This document shows positions 12,948 to 26,090 of a DNA stretch of 64,000 bases, piece after piece (position 1 is the first letter of the stretch; every line of letters starts with the position of its first letter). Location: NCBI GenBank assembly GCA_951406725.2, contig OX597826.1, positions 11,718,001 to 11,782,000 of the forward strand, read 5' to 3'. Below the pieces are notes generated by a model, which ran no database searches, was not told the origin of the DNA, and saw nothing but the letters and a program-made list of their open reading frames with translations. This stretch comes from Octopus vulgaris (lineage: Eukaryota). Both the position numbers and the translations under genes were made by a program.

Positions 12948-13605
12948 CTCTCTCTCTCTCTCTTTCTCACACACACACACAGACACACACACAAACACAC
13001 ACACACACACACACAGCAACATGCGCATACATATCTTTGGCTTCACTATATAACTGTCTCTTTCTTTCTTTCTTCCTTTCTTTCTTGCTTGCTTTCTTTC
13101 TTTCTCTCTCTCTTTCTCTCTCTCCCCCCTCTCTCTCTCTCTCACACACACACCTTGACGCACACAAACACACACGCACACACACACGCATACACACACA
13201 AACACACACACACACGCATACACACACCGCAACATGCGCATACATATCTTTGGCTTTACTATATAACTGTCTCTTTTTTCTTTCTTTCTTTCTTTCTTTC
13301 TCTCTCTCTCTCTCTCTCTCTCATACACACACACCTTGACACATACGCATACACACACACAGCTATATGCTCATACATATCTTTGTTTCACTATATATCT
13401 GTCTCTGTCAGTCTCTCTCTCTCTCTCTCTTCCCTCCTCTCTCTTTTCCCTCTCTCTTAAACGCAAACACACACATACACACATACGCGCGCACTCACAC
13501 ACACATATACATAGGAACCCAGCTACATGTGCTACATAACTTTGTCTTACTATATATCTGTCTCTCTCTCCTATTCTCTCTCTATTTCTATCTCCCTCTC
13601 GCTTC

Positions 13606-13639
<34 letters not shown>

Positions 13640-13715
13640 GATACATGAGCATACACACACAACTACATGCGCGTACACATCGTTGTCTCACTATATATAT
13701 CTGTCTCTCTCGTTC
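12785..13715. repeat. Six-unit composite tandem repeat: ~45-bp anchor plus variable microsatellites
   Basis: Anchor ACATGCGCATACATATCTTTGGCTTCACTATATAACTGTCTCT at about 12785, 13019, 13232, 13364, 13525 and 13665. Confidence 0.85.
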
Positions 13716-13824
13716 TCTCCCGCTTTCCCTCTCATACGCACATACATTTCGCAAACGCAATACATACACATAACAGCGGGTAAGCATGTGTCTGTATGCG
13801 GGTTATTAGTTGGGTGTGTGTCTC

Positions 13825-13871
<47 letters not shown>

Positions 13872-14010
13872 ATTTGCGTGTTACCAAAGGAAAGGAATAG
13901 TGAGTCAACTATAGGCTCACTCTGTCTCATTTTCTGTCTCATTTTCTGTCTGTCTCTGTGTTCCTCTCTGTGACACACGCATGCACATTCAAACATGCGC
14001 GCGCACACAC

Positions 14011-14081
<71 letters not shown>

Positions 14082-14274
14082 CGACGGACTTTTTTCAGTT
14101 TCCGTCTACCAAATCCACTCACAAGGCTTTGGTCGGCCCAAGGCTATAGTAGAAGACACTTGCCTAATGTGCTACGCAGGGGGACTGAACTCGGAACCAT
14201 GTGGCTGGTAGCATCAAGAAATTTGCGATTAACTGGCGGAAATTGGTATGATAGCATTGAAGCACGCGCACCTA

Positions 14275-14388
<114 letters not shown>

Positions 14389-14479
14389 AACACACACACA
14401 TAAACGTGCGCGCGCGATTCACTATGCTGATAAATGCATCAAGACTTATTCTCCATGCTGCGATATGCGGTTAATTGAA

Positions 14480-15420
14480 CGTTATATTTTAATTCCATCA
14501 CGTGGAAAGGAACTTCACATACTTAGAAAACCTAAGTTCGGATTTCGGGCTGTTTTAGCATCCAGAAATTCAAGATCAACCGGCAGGTATTGGAAATTGG
14601 TATGATGACAACGATATTATTGTCTCACACATTTTCCTGTTAACTCAGAAGTTCATATCAAGAAGTATAAGAAGTGGTTCTTAAGAAATGGACATTGATA
14701 GACACTTCGAACCACTGCTACTGCGAGATGTTATGGATGCTATCTCCGGCTGAGTGGAATCAAGAACAGAAGAGAAACTTCCCTAACCCCATTGGACCAG
14801 CTATTCTGGTAATCTTGAACACGAACAGAAATCAAGAAAAGTTAGTCTATCCATAATACGAGACATGTTAAGAATTCTGTTTCGAAATTGGAAAAGATGA
14901 AATCCCAAAGATCAAGGATCATGCAGTGACCTTAAGCGATACCAGAAGGATTGAGATCCGGGATAAGACACAAACTGCTATCTACATTAAGGATTCGACA
15001 CTATACCCATAGCTTATTACCGAGACATTTTAATGTATAAAACATTGTTCATAAGAATGGAAGGACCAGAAAACTGTGCGGGCAAATTCCTACGAAGGGT
15101 TTTAAAGTAACAAATGCTCTCTGCAACATTATTACTCATCAGAATTCTCTGAACTTTGTTGTTGTTCATGCGATCCATCGGGAAAGAAAAGTAGTGTGAG
15201 AGATCCTGTTGTGGTTAGTAGCGGAGTCCGACCTGGAAATGAAATAGCTGATATGAACTCTGCAGAATATTTGAATATAATAGATATCGCACCAGAACAG
15301 TAAAAGTACAGGCAAGATATATGGACCAGAGGAATTGAACAGACTGTATTACAAAAGCAGTGGAGAAAGGAAGCCAGAGCATGGACAGCCTGGAAAACAG
15401 TTGAAGGAAGGAGTGGAAGC
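14480..15420 (+). pseudogene. Possible heavily decayed non-LTR retrotransposon RT region
   Basis: Short peptide patches (QVLEIGMMT, FEIGKDEIPKIKD) recall RT domains of RLE-type elements; many stops; weak. Confidence 0.25.
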
Positions 15421-16112
15421 AACCTGGTGGGTTAATGGAAGCAGCTAGGTTAAGATTCCTCTTGAAATGTGCTTTTATCCCCGGTCAATCTTAAACGGTG
15501 GGGCTAGAGTGACTACCGACTTTCTTCGATGCCAAGCCTATTCATCACTGGCAGCATGTCCTAGTAGTATATAAGACACCGCTTACAGAATATTTCTAGC
15601 GGCATGATCAAAACCAAATTTTGAATATCTTTGCTCGCGCATTAAAGCAAGATTACAGCTTTATGAATGTGAAGAAAACTGACACCGAGGTGGATTCCTG
15701 CCGTTTTCTACAAAATAAACGAGCTAGAATGTAGAAGCGTAAAAAAAGGATATAAGCGCAAATTTTTGAATGATGCTAATGATTGGTAGGTTGAAGAATA
15801 TTCCGAGAAGCTATTCGTGTTCGCAAGACTTATTGCAATAAAGAAGTAATTCCCCCAACATTATGATATGGCTAGGCTTTAGAAAAATGTCCAGATGAGT
15901 AGGCAATATAGCGAAAATACGTAAAAAGGAGCTGCGACGTATGAGAGAATTAGGGAGTCATGTACAGGCGTTCGTGCAAATGAATGTTTTGGTGGAGATA
16001 GAGACATACAGATAGACAGGTAGGTAGGTAGGTAGGTAGGTAGGTAGGTAGGTAGGTAGGTAGGTAGATAGATAAATAGATAGATAGATAGACAGACAGA
16101 CAGATAGATACG

Positions 16113-16190
<78 letters not shown>

Positions 16191-16191
<1 letters not shown>

Positions 16192-16400
16192 CTTTCTTTA
16201 TTGGCCACACAGGGCTGGACACAGAGGGGACAATTACAATGTAGAGTTTTTCATTTCGAAGATGGAAAAGGAAAAAGAAGAAAAAAAGGAAACAAATGTA
16301 AAATTTCAATCAAAAGGGATCGGAAGATGGAGTGAGACAATGTAGTCAAGAATGGAAATAGAAAATAATGGATACATTGATAAAGAAAAAAAGGAATTGG
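16191..16400 (-). mobile_element. 3'-terminal fragment of the Tx1 family, joined to (GATA)n
   Basis: ACTTTCTTTATTGGCCACACAGGGCTGGACACAGAGGGGACAA...TCAAAAGGGATCG aligns with 22303-22425; same GATA|ACTTTC junction. Confidence 0.8.
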
Positions 16401-16502
16401 AAAGAAAAAGCTAAGAGAAAGAAAGAGAGAGAAGTGGAGACCAGAGGATAGATTGAAGAATTAAGAGAGAGAGGGAATCGTGAAAGAGACAGAGAGAGAA
16501 AG

Positions 16503-16575
<73 letters not shown>

Positions 16576-16590
16576 TGAGAGAGTGTGTGC

Positions 16591-16626
<36 letters not shown>

Positions 16627-17239
16627 AACAGACAGACGAAGACAGATATGTATATTTTCAACATGGAAGTGAAGGGGAATCAATGTAGACGTCCAGTAAA
16701 AGCCAGCGAAACCAACGAAATGTAAATCTGGGTGAGAATTCATAAAGATATCACCTTTTAGAAAGCATAACTATGAAATACTTTTGAATATTTCTTCATT
16801 TATCTTTGCAAATATTCACGGAAACGTGTGAGTTATGACTGGATTAAATTAAGGCAGGCTTAAACGAAAACTTTTCCAAACCAGTTAACGCTTCTCTCGT
16901 GTCGGCGGCATATTACCTGCCTATCATGTATCTATGGAAGCACTGAGGCATCTCCTACGTATCTCTTTTAGCTATATTTTAACCCACCTCTTTTAGGATT
17001 GCATTTATTTCCAAAGAGGTTCTATTCTCATTTTAGTTCTCTGCGAGTATATATGGCACATTAATCTTGCACCAGTGGACAATTGATGTCTAAATGTCTT
17101 CACACCTTAACCCACTCCAACCTTACTGTTTTCAATTCATTCTCAACGTGCCTATAAACGCATTACCATTATATTATGTCTGTATGTCTCTCCAACTCTC
17201 TCTCTTCCTTTCCCCCCACTCTCTTTTTCACTCTCCACA

Positions 17240-17255
17240 TATTTATGTATATATT

Positions 17256-17295
<40 letters not shown>

Positions 17296-17649
17296 CGTAT
17301 ATATATATACGTATGTATATATATATATATGTCCACACAATATATATATTACGTATATATATATGTCCTTTTACTACATACTACGTGCAGACACTTACAT
17401 ATGTATGTACATATATACACATACATTATATATGCATATATACAAATTATTCAAAGTTAACTTTTATTTATATGTGGGTGTATGTGTGCTTGCGCACGTG
17501 GTGGGGATGTATATTTGCGTGTGTATGTTTGTGCGCGCGCGTGTGTGCGTGCATATATATATATATATATACATACATAATACACACATACATACATACA
17601 TACATACATATGTACATACATACATACATACATACGTACATACGTACAT

Positions 17650-17684
<35 letters not shown>

Positions 17685-17801
17685 CATATATACATATGTA
17701 TATAACGTACATATGAATATGTGTATTTCTATCTATATATATATATATATATACCTATATGTCTATGTATGTATGTTTTTATGTATGTATATGCATATAT
17801 T

Positions 17802-17862
<61 letters not shown>

Positions 17863-18292
17863 ATATTTATATATATACATATACATATGTTCATACATAC
17901 ATACATACATACATACATACATACATACATACATACATACACACATAACATTATGTGCATCTGTATGTTTGTATATATGTTATTATGTATGAATAATTCT
18001 TCTAAGCAAGTCTTTATAATAATTCCAGAACGTAAATCAAACAACGTTTCGCTGCTCGTATCAGTTCGCTTCATATAAATACACCGTCTGTACAATATTG
18101 GAACATGGTGTTATTTCGAAACGTACTCGTTCCATAAACATGCAAAATGCATATACATGCTGGAAAAATAGATTGGAACACGAATATTAAAATCAGCTAT
18201 AAACGGAGCATCGCATATGTAGGTATGAATACGTGTGTAATGTATACTTATGTGTGTAATAGCGTGTTTTGAGAGTCATGCACGTGCGCTTG

Positions 18293-18348
<56 letters not shown>

Positions 18349-18864
18349 TGTGTCTGTGTCTGTGAGTGTGTTTGTGTATAAATATATATATGTGTATATG
18401 TATATATATATATATATATATATACATATACATACACACACACATATAGATACACACACGCATACGTACATATAGGTAAATATAGATAAATCAAATATAC
18501 ATATATATTCACACACGTATATACTTATACAGACATATGTTTGTGTATGCAAGTTATATGTATAGGTATGTTTACCTTCGTGTACATATGCTTGCATGCA
18601 TACACACACACACACACATATATGTCTGTGCGTGTGAATATATATATATATATATATATACACACATTTATATATGTATATATATATATACACATTTATA
18701 TATGTATATATATGTATATATATACATATATACATATATATATATATATACATATGTATATATGTATATATATATATACATATATACATATATACATATA
18801 TACATATATATATATGTATATATATATATAGATATATACATATAAACACGCATACATTTCCATA

Positions 18865-18915
<51 letters not shown>

Positions 18916-18966
18916 GTATATGTACGTATATATGTATGTATATATACATAAGAGAAAGAGAGAGCA

Positions 18967-19010
<44 letters not shown>
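17240..19010. repeat. Extended compound microsatellite field (TA, TACA, TG, GA)
   Basis: Directly visible. Confidence 0.95.
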
Positions 19011-19011
<1 letters not shown>

Positions 19012-19842
19012 GGTTTTACTTTCTTGGAGCGAAAGCAAAAATCAATTATATACATACCAACAATATCATTCTCCTCTCAGAATATTGGCATTTGCAGCTC
19101 TCCCTGTCTTCAACCTCACTCTGAATACTAATCCCAGCTCATAAATATAGGTGTCAGATACAGGTTTATTCTAACAATTAGCTATTTGGTCAATGGTGTC
19201 CATAGCATTAGTTAATAGTTTCACTGAATTGTAAGCTTTATACGCTGTTACAAAATCTCTTTGCTAGTAAACAATAATATAGGTGACTAATTTTTATATA
19301 TAGAATTACTCATGCGATGAAAGCACATAAATCTCTTGGTAAGCATTTAGGAGAGTAAGGGGAAAGAAGGAGAGACACAGAGGCAGAGAAGATGGTAGAA
19401 AAGGAAGAAAAAAATAGAGAAGGGAAAGGGATTTAAATGATAATACAATGCATAATAATATATATATAAAAAAAAAAGATAAGATGGGAGAAAAAATAAG
19501 GGTGTTTCTTCTTTATTTGTGTGACTAGCTTACATCGGAAGATAAGATGTATATTATCTCCGTTTGTCTTTTGTTGTGATATGTTCTTTAATTTTATATA
19601 AAGGTTTGAAATTTAATTCTCATATGCTAGAAATAGTTGGAACTAACTATAAGAAAGTTAGAATAAGAGTCTACGTGTATTAGATATTATCAGGAAATTT
19701 ACCGGTGAATTGATAAGTTGCCAACGGAAACACCGACAGTTCGTCTCCTGATGTCGTCGCTGCCCTATGGTCAAATGGCAAGACATTTTACCTTGAAAAT
19801 GCTCAGTCTATTAGCCTTCATGCAGATACTTTATAGTGGAAT

Positions 19843-20227
19843 AGTGGAGGCGCAATGGGCCAGTGGTTAGGGCAGCGGACTCGCGGTCGTAGGATCGCGG
19901 TTTCGATTCTCAGACCGGGCGTTGTGAGTGTTTATTGAGCGAAAACACCTAAAGCTCCACGAGGCTCCGGCAGGGGATGGTGGTGATCCCTGCTGTACTC
20001 TTTCACCACAACTTTCTCTCACTTTTACTTCCTGTTTCTGTTGTACCTGTATTTCAAAGGGCCGGCCTTGTCACTCTCTGTGTCACGCTGAATATCCCCG
20101 AGAACTACGTTAAGGGTACACGTGTCTGTGGAGTGCTCAGCCACTTACACGTTAATTTCACGAGCAGGCTGTTCTGTTGATCGGATCAACCGGAACCCTC
20201 ATCGTCGTAATCGACGGAGTGCTTCCA
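19843..20227 (+). mobile_element. tRNA-derived SINE family D with 12-bp TSD
   Basis: Head GGAGGCGCAATGGGCCAGTGGTTAGGGCAGCGGACTC...GGTTTCGATTC; TTATAGTGGAAT at 19831-19842 and 20228-20239; related heads at 59930-60080 and 63170-63350 (- strand). Confidence 0.85.
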
Positions 20228-20548
20228 TTATAGTGGAATGGTTCACTTAATGGTTTGTTTAATGGTTTACTTCTGTACCAGTGTTTTAGCATCTGCACCA
20301 GATACTAAAACCAAGAATCAGTTCTTTAACTTGTTCAGCTCATTCTAGAAGTTATGGGACTCACTCCAGTTCTGTAATACATACATACAGACAAAAATAC
20401 CCCGTTGTTGATGTTGGAATTCCTATGAAGGAGTCTTGGATCTAGGTTAGAAACCGGTTTTTTCTCTATTGGCAAGAAATCTTGAAATAAACTGAATAAT
20501 TATATACATATACATACATACATACATACATACATACATACATACACA

Positions 20549-20621
<73 letters not shown>

Positions 20622-20684
20622 TTATATAATCACGAATTACAGAAATAGTTTGGTGAAATTTTATTTAACAATAAAAAATTCTAA

Positions 20685-20842
20685 TTTCACGACAAATTGT
20701 TTCGTAGCTTAAAAACATTTAATTAGTTTATATTATTATATTTAATAATAAATAAGTTACTTACACACCTGCATTAATGCAAAATGCAAAAAAAAACCTC
20801 CTTCAAAATAATGCAAAATTTAATCTACATCCTCAGGTGAAA
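20685..20842 (-). ncRNA. Type-I hammerhead ribozyme motif with long loop II, inside an inverted repeat (20630-20940)
   Basis: TTTCAC-CTGAGGA-T-GTAG-[117 nt]-CTAC-GAAA-C-AATTT-GTC-GTGAAA: 6-bp helix I, 4-bp helix II, GUC cleavage triplet. Confidence 0.65.
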
Positions 20843-20982
20843 GAAAGTCTTTGTTAAATAGAAGATTCTCGACGTAGCGATATTAGAATGTTCTTATTGT
20901 TAAATAAAATTTCATCAAAGTATTTCTCTGTCAGTTATGACTTTATACACACCTTATCCTTTTATCTTGTATCGTACTATAT

Positions 20983-21325
20983 TGAGACCCCCTTCGGTCA
21001 TGACTGACCGTGGGATTGCACCTAGAAAGTTACCCTACCAGGCACAAGTCCGGGCAAGGTTGTTTTATGGAAGACCAGCAGTCGCCCATGCATACCGGCC
21101 TCCCCTCTTCACGCCACCGGTGTTATCCAAGGGAAAGGCAAAGGGGCCGATACAGCTTGGTACCTGTGACGTCGCAACTCATTTCTACAGCTGAGTTTTA
21201 ACTGGGGCAATGTGAAATGAAGTGTCTTGCTCAAGAACACAACACGTAGCCCGGTCCGGGATTCAAACTCACAACCTCACGATCGTAAGCTCGACGCTCT
21301 AACCACCGAGCCATGTGCCTTCACA
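20983..21325 (-). mobile_element. tRNA-derived SINE with 12-bp TSD
   Basis: Minus-strand head GAAGGCACATGGCTCGGTGGTTAGAGCG...GAGTTTGAATCCC; ATCGTACTATAT at 20971-20982 and 21326-21337. Confidence 0.85.
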
Positions 21326-21450
21326 ATCGTACTATATATTCTATATGTTTTGTAGAATGATACATCAAGGAGCATTTTCTTAATGAGTACTGCCGGCTTA
21401 CTAGAATCCATATATTGCGTCTCAAACTGATATATATATATATATATATA

Positions 21451-22110
21451 TACAAAAGGGGATCCAAAAGAAATCGGAATTTTGCTATATTATTTTATTC
21501 ACTTAGTTTTCCATTTTTACACTTTTATTGCCTTCAAATTATTCTTCATTTGAAGCAATGCATCAATCCAGACGCGTTTTCCACTATTCGAATTAGTGCT
21601 AGAACTCTTGCAATGTGATGCCTTATAACATTTCTGTCATTTCTTTTTTTTTTTTTTTTTTTTGATTCACCTCTTCCACATTTGCAGGTTCCGTAACACC
21701 AACTTTCGTCACGAGTGATGACCTTCGAAAATAGGTCCTGATCAACTTCTAACTGTTCTTTCAGTTCACGATACGCATTTTTGTTGCGATTGCTTTTGAT
21801 GTTCCTGGAGCGAGCGAGGCACAAATTTTGTTGCAATTCTTTTTGTTCGCAGCTTCTCTCTCAAAATTCGTTGGAAGGAGCTTCAGGACACACAAGTCAT
21901 ATCAATAAGTTCGCCACTTGTTCGGTGACAGTTCTCCAAGACCAGTTCATGAATATCCATGATGTTTTCATTCGTTCGGGTGGTCGCCAGTCGTCCTAAA
22001 CGAGGTTGGTCTTCACGCGACAAGTGACCATTCCCAAGAGGTGAAAATCACTTTGTAAGCTGTTTGAAGCATGACAGCTGTTTCGGTCGCCGTTTGCCTC
22101 AACAGAAAAG
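21451..22110 (-). mobile_element. Decayed mariner transposon remnant
   Basis: ORF 21546-21836 contains LFSKVITRDESWCYG (first catalytic D motif, cf. ITGDETW); TIR-like TACAAAAGGGGATCCAAAAGAAATCGGAAT after (TA)n. Confidence 0.7.
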
Positions 22111-22142
22111 AGAATCTCTCTCTCTTTCACTCTTTCTCTCAC

Positions 22143-22178
<36 letters not shown>

Positions 22179-22245
22179 GCTCTCTCTCTATATATATAGT
22201 GAGGAAGAGAGAGAGAAAGAGATACAGACAGACAGACAAACAGAC

Positions 22246-22296
<51 letters not shown>

Positions 22297-22610
22297 CAGA
22301 TAACTTTCTTTCTTTTATTAGCCACACAGGGCTGAATACAGAGGGGACAAATACAAATGCAGAGCTTTTCTTTTCGAGGGTGGAAAAAATAAAAAATGTA
22401 AGATTGCGATCAAAAGGGATCGAGAGGAGGAAAAAAAAAAAAAAAAAAAAGAAAATCGTGTATCACAGAAATAATGGTGTAAACATTGATATAACAAGAT
22501 TGGGTTCATCCGTGGGAAGAAAAGCCTACAGAAATGACCACGGGAACCCCAGTCAGGGAGGAAATAAACACATGAGGTCAAAAATGCTCTCTTTCTTTCT
22601 TTTTTACGAT

Positions 22611-25600
22611 CTACAGGATCATGCTCAAAATGGTTTCGTTACTAGCACGCACCATCTTTGCAACATTCACCCATCTTTTTTTGAATCTTTCGCGAGACAA
22701 AACTTCCCTCTCCATTCTCACCTTCCTTTTCAAGTGGTACTTGAAAAAGTTGATGAGCGATTGGCCAGAGAGGTAAGTGTTTGTCTCTAATCCTTTCGCT
22801 CGAGTCCACCACACACATTCTTTCACCATGGCCACCAGTACGATGAAAACTGCCTTGCCTTCCCGGTTGAGGGAAGGGGGCGGAGCAATTCTGACGATAG
22901 ACTCGGCCGATAGGCGGATTCGTCCCACACGTGACAGCAGCCGTTCGGCATAAGCCCACAGGTCGGAAATGGTTGGACATTGCACGAGTGCGTGCAGAAC
23001 GGTTTCGTCGCTCTGACCGCATCTCGGGCAAGTCGGTCCAGTGTGTCTGGAACCGTGTCTGTAGAGCTTATCCCGAACAGGTAATGCTTCTCGATAGCAC
23101 TGCCAGGCCAGGGATCTTTGGTGATTGTTCATAGGTCCCGGCCCGAAAGTTGTCCTGAACAGGCGGGTCAGGTGTTCCTCGTCGACGCCCAGACTCTGCC
23201 CGAGTTCGTCGTCGCACCTCCCCTCCACTAATCCTCTATAGAATGCCTTTGTTGTGATGGAGTCGCACAAGTTCGATCCCGGACGGCAGAGTTGCTTGAG
23301 AGCAACGCGACACTCGCGGTGCCATTCGCCTAGCCTCGGTCTCTGCTTGATCCATGACTGTAGTTCGTCCAAGGAGACGAGCTGCGGGAAAGCGCGCCGC
23401 ACAAAAGGCGACCACCCCTGTTCACCGTTGTCTATGAAGCGCCGGAGATGTCGCAGTCTCAGCGCATGTCTGCGCATCATCAACCACGGCATGCCCAGCC
23501 CTCCATTTAGCGGGTGTTGGCAGCAAATGGATCGCCTAACCATCGGAACGTTTCCCTTCCACAAGAAGCGGAAGAGTATGCGTTTCAGTTTGGTGATGGT
23601 AGGGTCGGGACAAGGCACGACGGTCAGACGATACTCGATGACGGATGCGATGTACGCGTTCGCCACCTCCGCCCGACCTTTTAGGGATAGCTTTCTCTCA
23701 GTCCATTTCTGGGTGAGAGTAGCCACCCTAGTCGTTATCTCGCCCCAGTTCTTCTCCATTTGGAGGTCCGGACCGAACCAGACCCCGAGCAATTTAACCG
23801 GTCCGTCCGTCCAGCGTCCCACGATGGAGACGCTGTTGGACGGCATGGGCTTGCTTCTCCAGTTGCCGAGCCGCAAGCCCACTGACTTTTCCCGGTTAAT
23901 TTTTGCTCCCGTTACCGCTTCGTATTCTTTCAGTGTCTCGCCGACCAGCTCGATGTGCTCGTAGCTCGACACTATGACGGTGACGTCATCCGCGTATGCA
24001 GACACGCTCCTCCCGCATCCCAGCTCTCGTGGGATGCCCCTCAGCGTCGCCAGTTTCCGCAGTAGTGGCTCAAGAGTCAGTACATACAGCAGCGATGAGA
24101 GGGGGCATCCCTGACGAACCGAACGCATGATGTTAAAAGGTCTGGATAGATGACCATTTACGCGAACTACTGAGCGGATGCCGCTGTATAAGGCAGCGAT
24201 CCAACCGCGGAAAACTGGACCGAAACCAGCCGCTTTGAGGACAGCCTCCAAGTAGTGATGGTCTACCCTATCGAAGGCTTTTGATTGATCCAAATTGATC
24301 AGCGCCCCACCCATGCCAGGATTTTTAACTACCCTGTCTATGATGTAGCGCATCAGGTGGAGGTTGTCATGAATACTTCTACCCGGCACGGCGCATGTTT
24401 GCGCCTTGTCGATTAGTTTCTTGATGACAAGCGCCAACCTCTCGGCTAACACCTTGGCCAAAATTTTCAAATCTGCGTTGAGCAGAGTGATGGGCCTGAA
24501 ATTATCTATGACGTCCCCCTTGTTTGGGTCTTTCTTGATCAGTGCCACTGCTCCTCGCTTTACAAAAGCAGGAATACTCCCGTTCTGCTGCCAGTTGCAG
24601 TAGACAGCTGCCAAGACGCCTCCAAACAAGTCTGGCATATGAAAATAAAATTCGTAGGGCAGACCATCCAGGCCTGGTGACTTATCTCTCGCGCAGCCTA
24701 CCATCGCATCCTGTACATCCGCAGCTGTGATAGGCTTTTCACAAGACTCCACCTCCCTTGCTGAGAGTCGTGGCAAGGCATGCAGGTAGGCACTAAAGTC
24801 CACTCTGCTTTCTGACTCACCACTTGTCCCAAACAGTTGGGTGAAGTGTTGTTGAAAAACCCCACACATCCTTTTAGGCTCGAGCAATTCGCGCCCCTGT
24901 TCATCTATAAGAGACTTGATGGTGGCTCTGTTGCCTCGTTGCGTCTCCACCACTCGGGCCTCTTGGGCGGCTCCAACTCCTTCGTTCCTCAGAGCACGCA
25001 TCCTAGCTCTGACAACGCATCCCTCGTGTTTGGCGTTGAGGTGTTGGTCGAGGGCCAATCTCGCCGCCAGTACGTTGGACGCGATGCCAGTTCTAAGTGC
25101 CTCTTCTAAAACCTTAACTAATTCTCCCTCTATTCTATTTCGGTCTAATGCTAGGGCTCTACTGTATCTGACTGATTCTGCTTTAATCGCTTTTTTTAGG
25201 GCATACCACCATCTGTTGTTGATGATGGTACCCGTCAAAGCTCTCTTAACTAATGTGCTGATCCGGTCCCTGTAAACCTGTCGTGCTGTAAAAGACGCGT
25301 TCAGTTTCCAGTAACCAGGACCCTGCCTATGTGTCTTATCTAAGTCAAGTGTACAAGTCACAAACTTGTGATCTGTGTAACTGACTATATGAAATTGTGG
25401 ACAACCTACACTATTTTTATCTATTGTCCTACAGAATACTCTATCTAAGTATGATCTGGACGACCCGATGCGGTTACTCCATGTCCACATTGGCACATTC
25501 GGGTGGTCCAGTCGGTACCTGTCAGACAGTTGGAAACGTCTGAGCAGGTCTTTGAGGCATTTGCATCCCCTTCTATTGCTATCTCTGCCCACGTAGTCTA

Positions 25601-26048
25601 GATGCGTGTCCAGGGTGGCATTCCAATCCCCCACTAAAAGTAAAGGACGAGACGTTCCCATGAAAGACTCTAGACGTCGAAAGAAATCTGGTCGGCCTGT
25701 TAAGGACGGAGCATAAACTGCTATCAGTCGAAAAGCACACCCATTGCTGCCATCGACATCCAAAACGACCAGCCTACCCTCCGGGTCTAGGAAATTTGCT
25801 CTTACTTTGAGATCCAGACTCTTCCGGATAAGCACCGCGGTGCCACCTCCGCCCATTCTCGGTAGACACGGAGAAAAATAAATGTTGAAATGTGTACCGA
25901 AAATGTGCTGGAGTGCCCGCAAGCTGTGGAGTCTGGTCTCACTGATGGCTATGATATTTAGATTTAGTGACTTGATGTCATTTAACAGGTAGCCTTGTTT
26001 CCAAGGCGACCCCAAGCCACGTACATTTATACTACCTATTCTGAGCAT
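22611..26048 (-). CDS. Tx1 ORF2: APE endonuclease, reverse transcriptase and C-terminal zinc motif (1145 aa from the first ATG)
   Basis: EN motifs INVRGL, ISET, VGDWN, SYLDRVF, TDH; RT motifs KSPGLDG, NFRPITLLNADLKILAK, LDQSKAFDRV, VRQGCPLS, YADD; CPRC-X8-H-X4-C. Confidence 0.95.
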   Translation of the reverse strand: MLRIGSINVRGLGSPWKQGYLLNDIKSLNLNIIAISETRLHSLRALQHIFGTHFNIYFSPCLPRMGGGGTAVLIRKSLDLKVRANFLDPEGRLVVLDVDGSNGCAFRLIAVYAPSLTGRPDFFRRLESFMGTSRPLLLVGDWNATLDTHLDYVGRDSNRRGCKCLKDLLRRFQLSDRYRLDHPNVPMWTWSNRIGSSRSYLDRVFCRTIDKNSVGCPQFHIVSYTDHKFVTCTLDLDKTHRQGPGYWKLNASFTARQVYRDRISTLVKRALTGTIINNRWWYALKKAIKAESVRYSRALALDRNRIEGELVKVLEEALRTGIASNVLAARLALDQHLNAKHEGCVVRARMRALRNEGVGAAQEARVVETQRGNRATIKSLIDEQGRELLEPKRMCGVFQQHFTQLFGTSGESESRVDFSAYLHALPRLSAREVESCEKPITAADVQDAMVGCARDKSPGLDGLPYEFYFHMPDLFGGVLAAVYCNWQQNGSIPAFVKRGAVALIKKDPNKGDVIDNFRPITLLNADLKILAKVLAERLALVIKKLIDKAQTCAVPGRSIHDNLHLMRYIIDRVVKNPGMGGALINLDQSKAFDRVDHHYLEAVLKAAGFGPVFRGWIAALYSGIRSVVRVNGHLSRPFNIMRSVRQGCPLSSLLYVLTLEPLLRKLATLRGIPRELGCGRSVSAYADDVTVIVSSYEHIELVGETLKEYEAVTGAKINREKSVGLRLGNWRSKPMPSNSVSIVGRWTDGPVKLLGVWFGPDLQMEKNWGEITTRVATLTQKWTERKLSLKGRAEVANAYIASVIEYRLTVVPCPDPTITKLKRILFRFLWKGNVPMVRRSICCQHPLNGGLGMPWLMMRRHALRLRHLRRFIDNGEQGWSPFVRRAFPQLVSLDELQSWIKQRPRLGEWHRECRVALKQLCRPGSNLCDSITTKAFYRGLVEGRCDDELGQSLGVDEEHLTRLFRTTFGPGPMNNHQRSLAWQCYREALPVRDKLYRHGSRHTGPTCPRCGQSDETVLHALVQCPTISDLWAYAERLLSRVGRIRLSAESIVRIAPPPSLNREGKAVFIVLVAMVKECVWWTRAKGLETNTYLSGQSLINFFKYHLKRKVRMEREVLSRERFKKRWVNVAKMVRASNETILSMIL

Positions 26049-26090
26049 GTTCCGATAAAAGTGCAAAAAAGGAAAAGGAGAGAGAAAAGG

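Noticed and set aside
12785-13715. CRISPR-like repeat-spacer appearance
   Set aside because: The spacers are microsatellites, the context is eukaryotic, and there are no cas genes.
19846-19920. tRNA-like sequences with A/B boxes (also 36016, 38551, 49329)
   Set aside because: They continue into SINE bodies, several with TSDs, and lack a proper acceptor stem; not tRNA genes.
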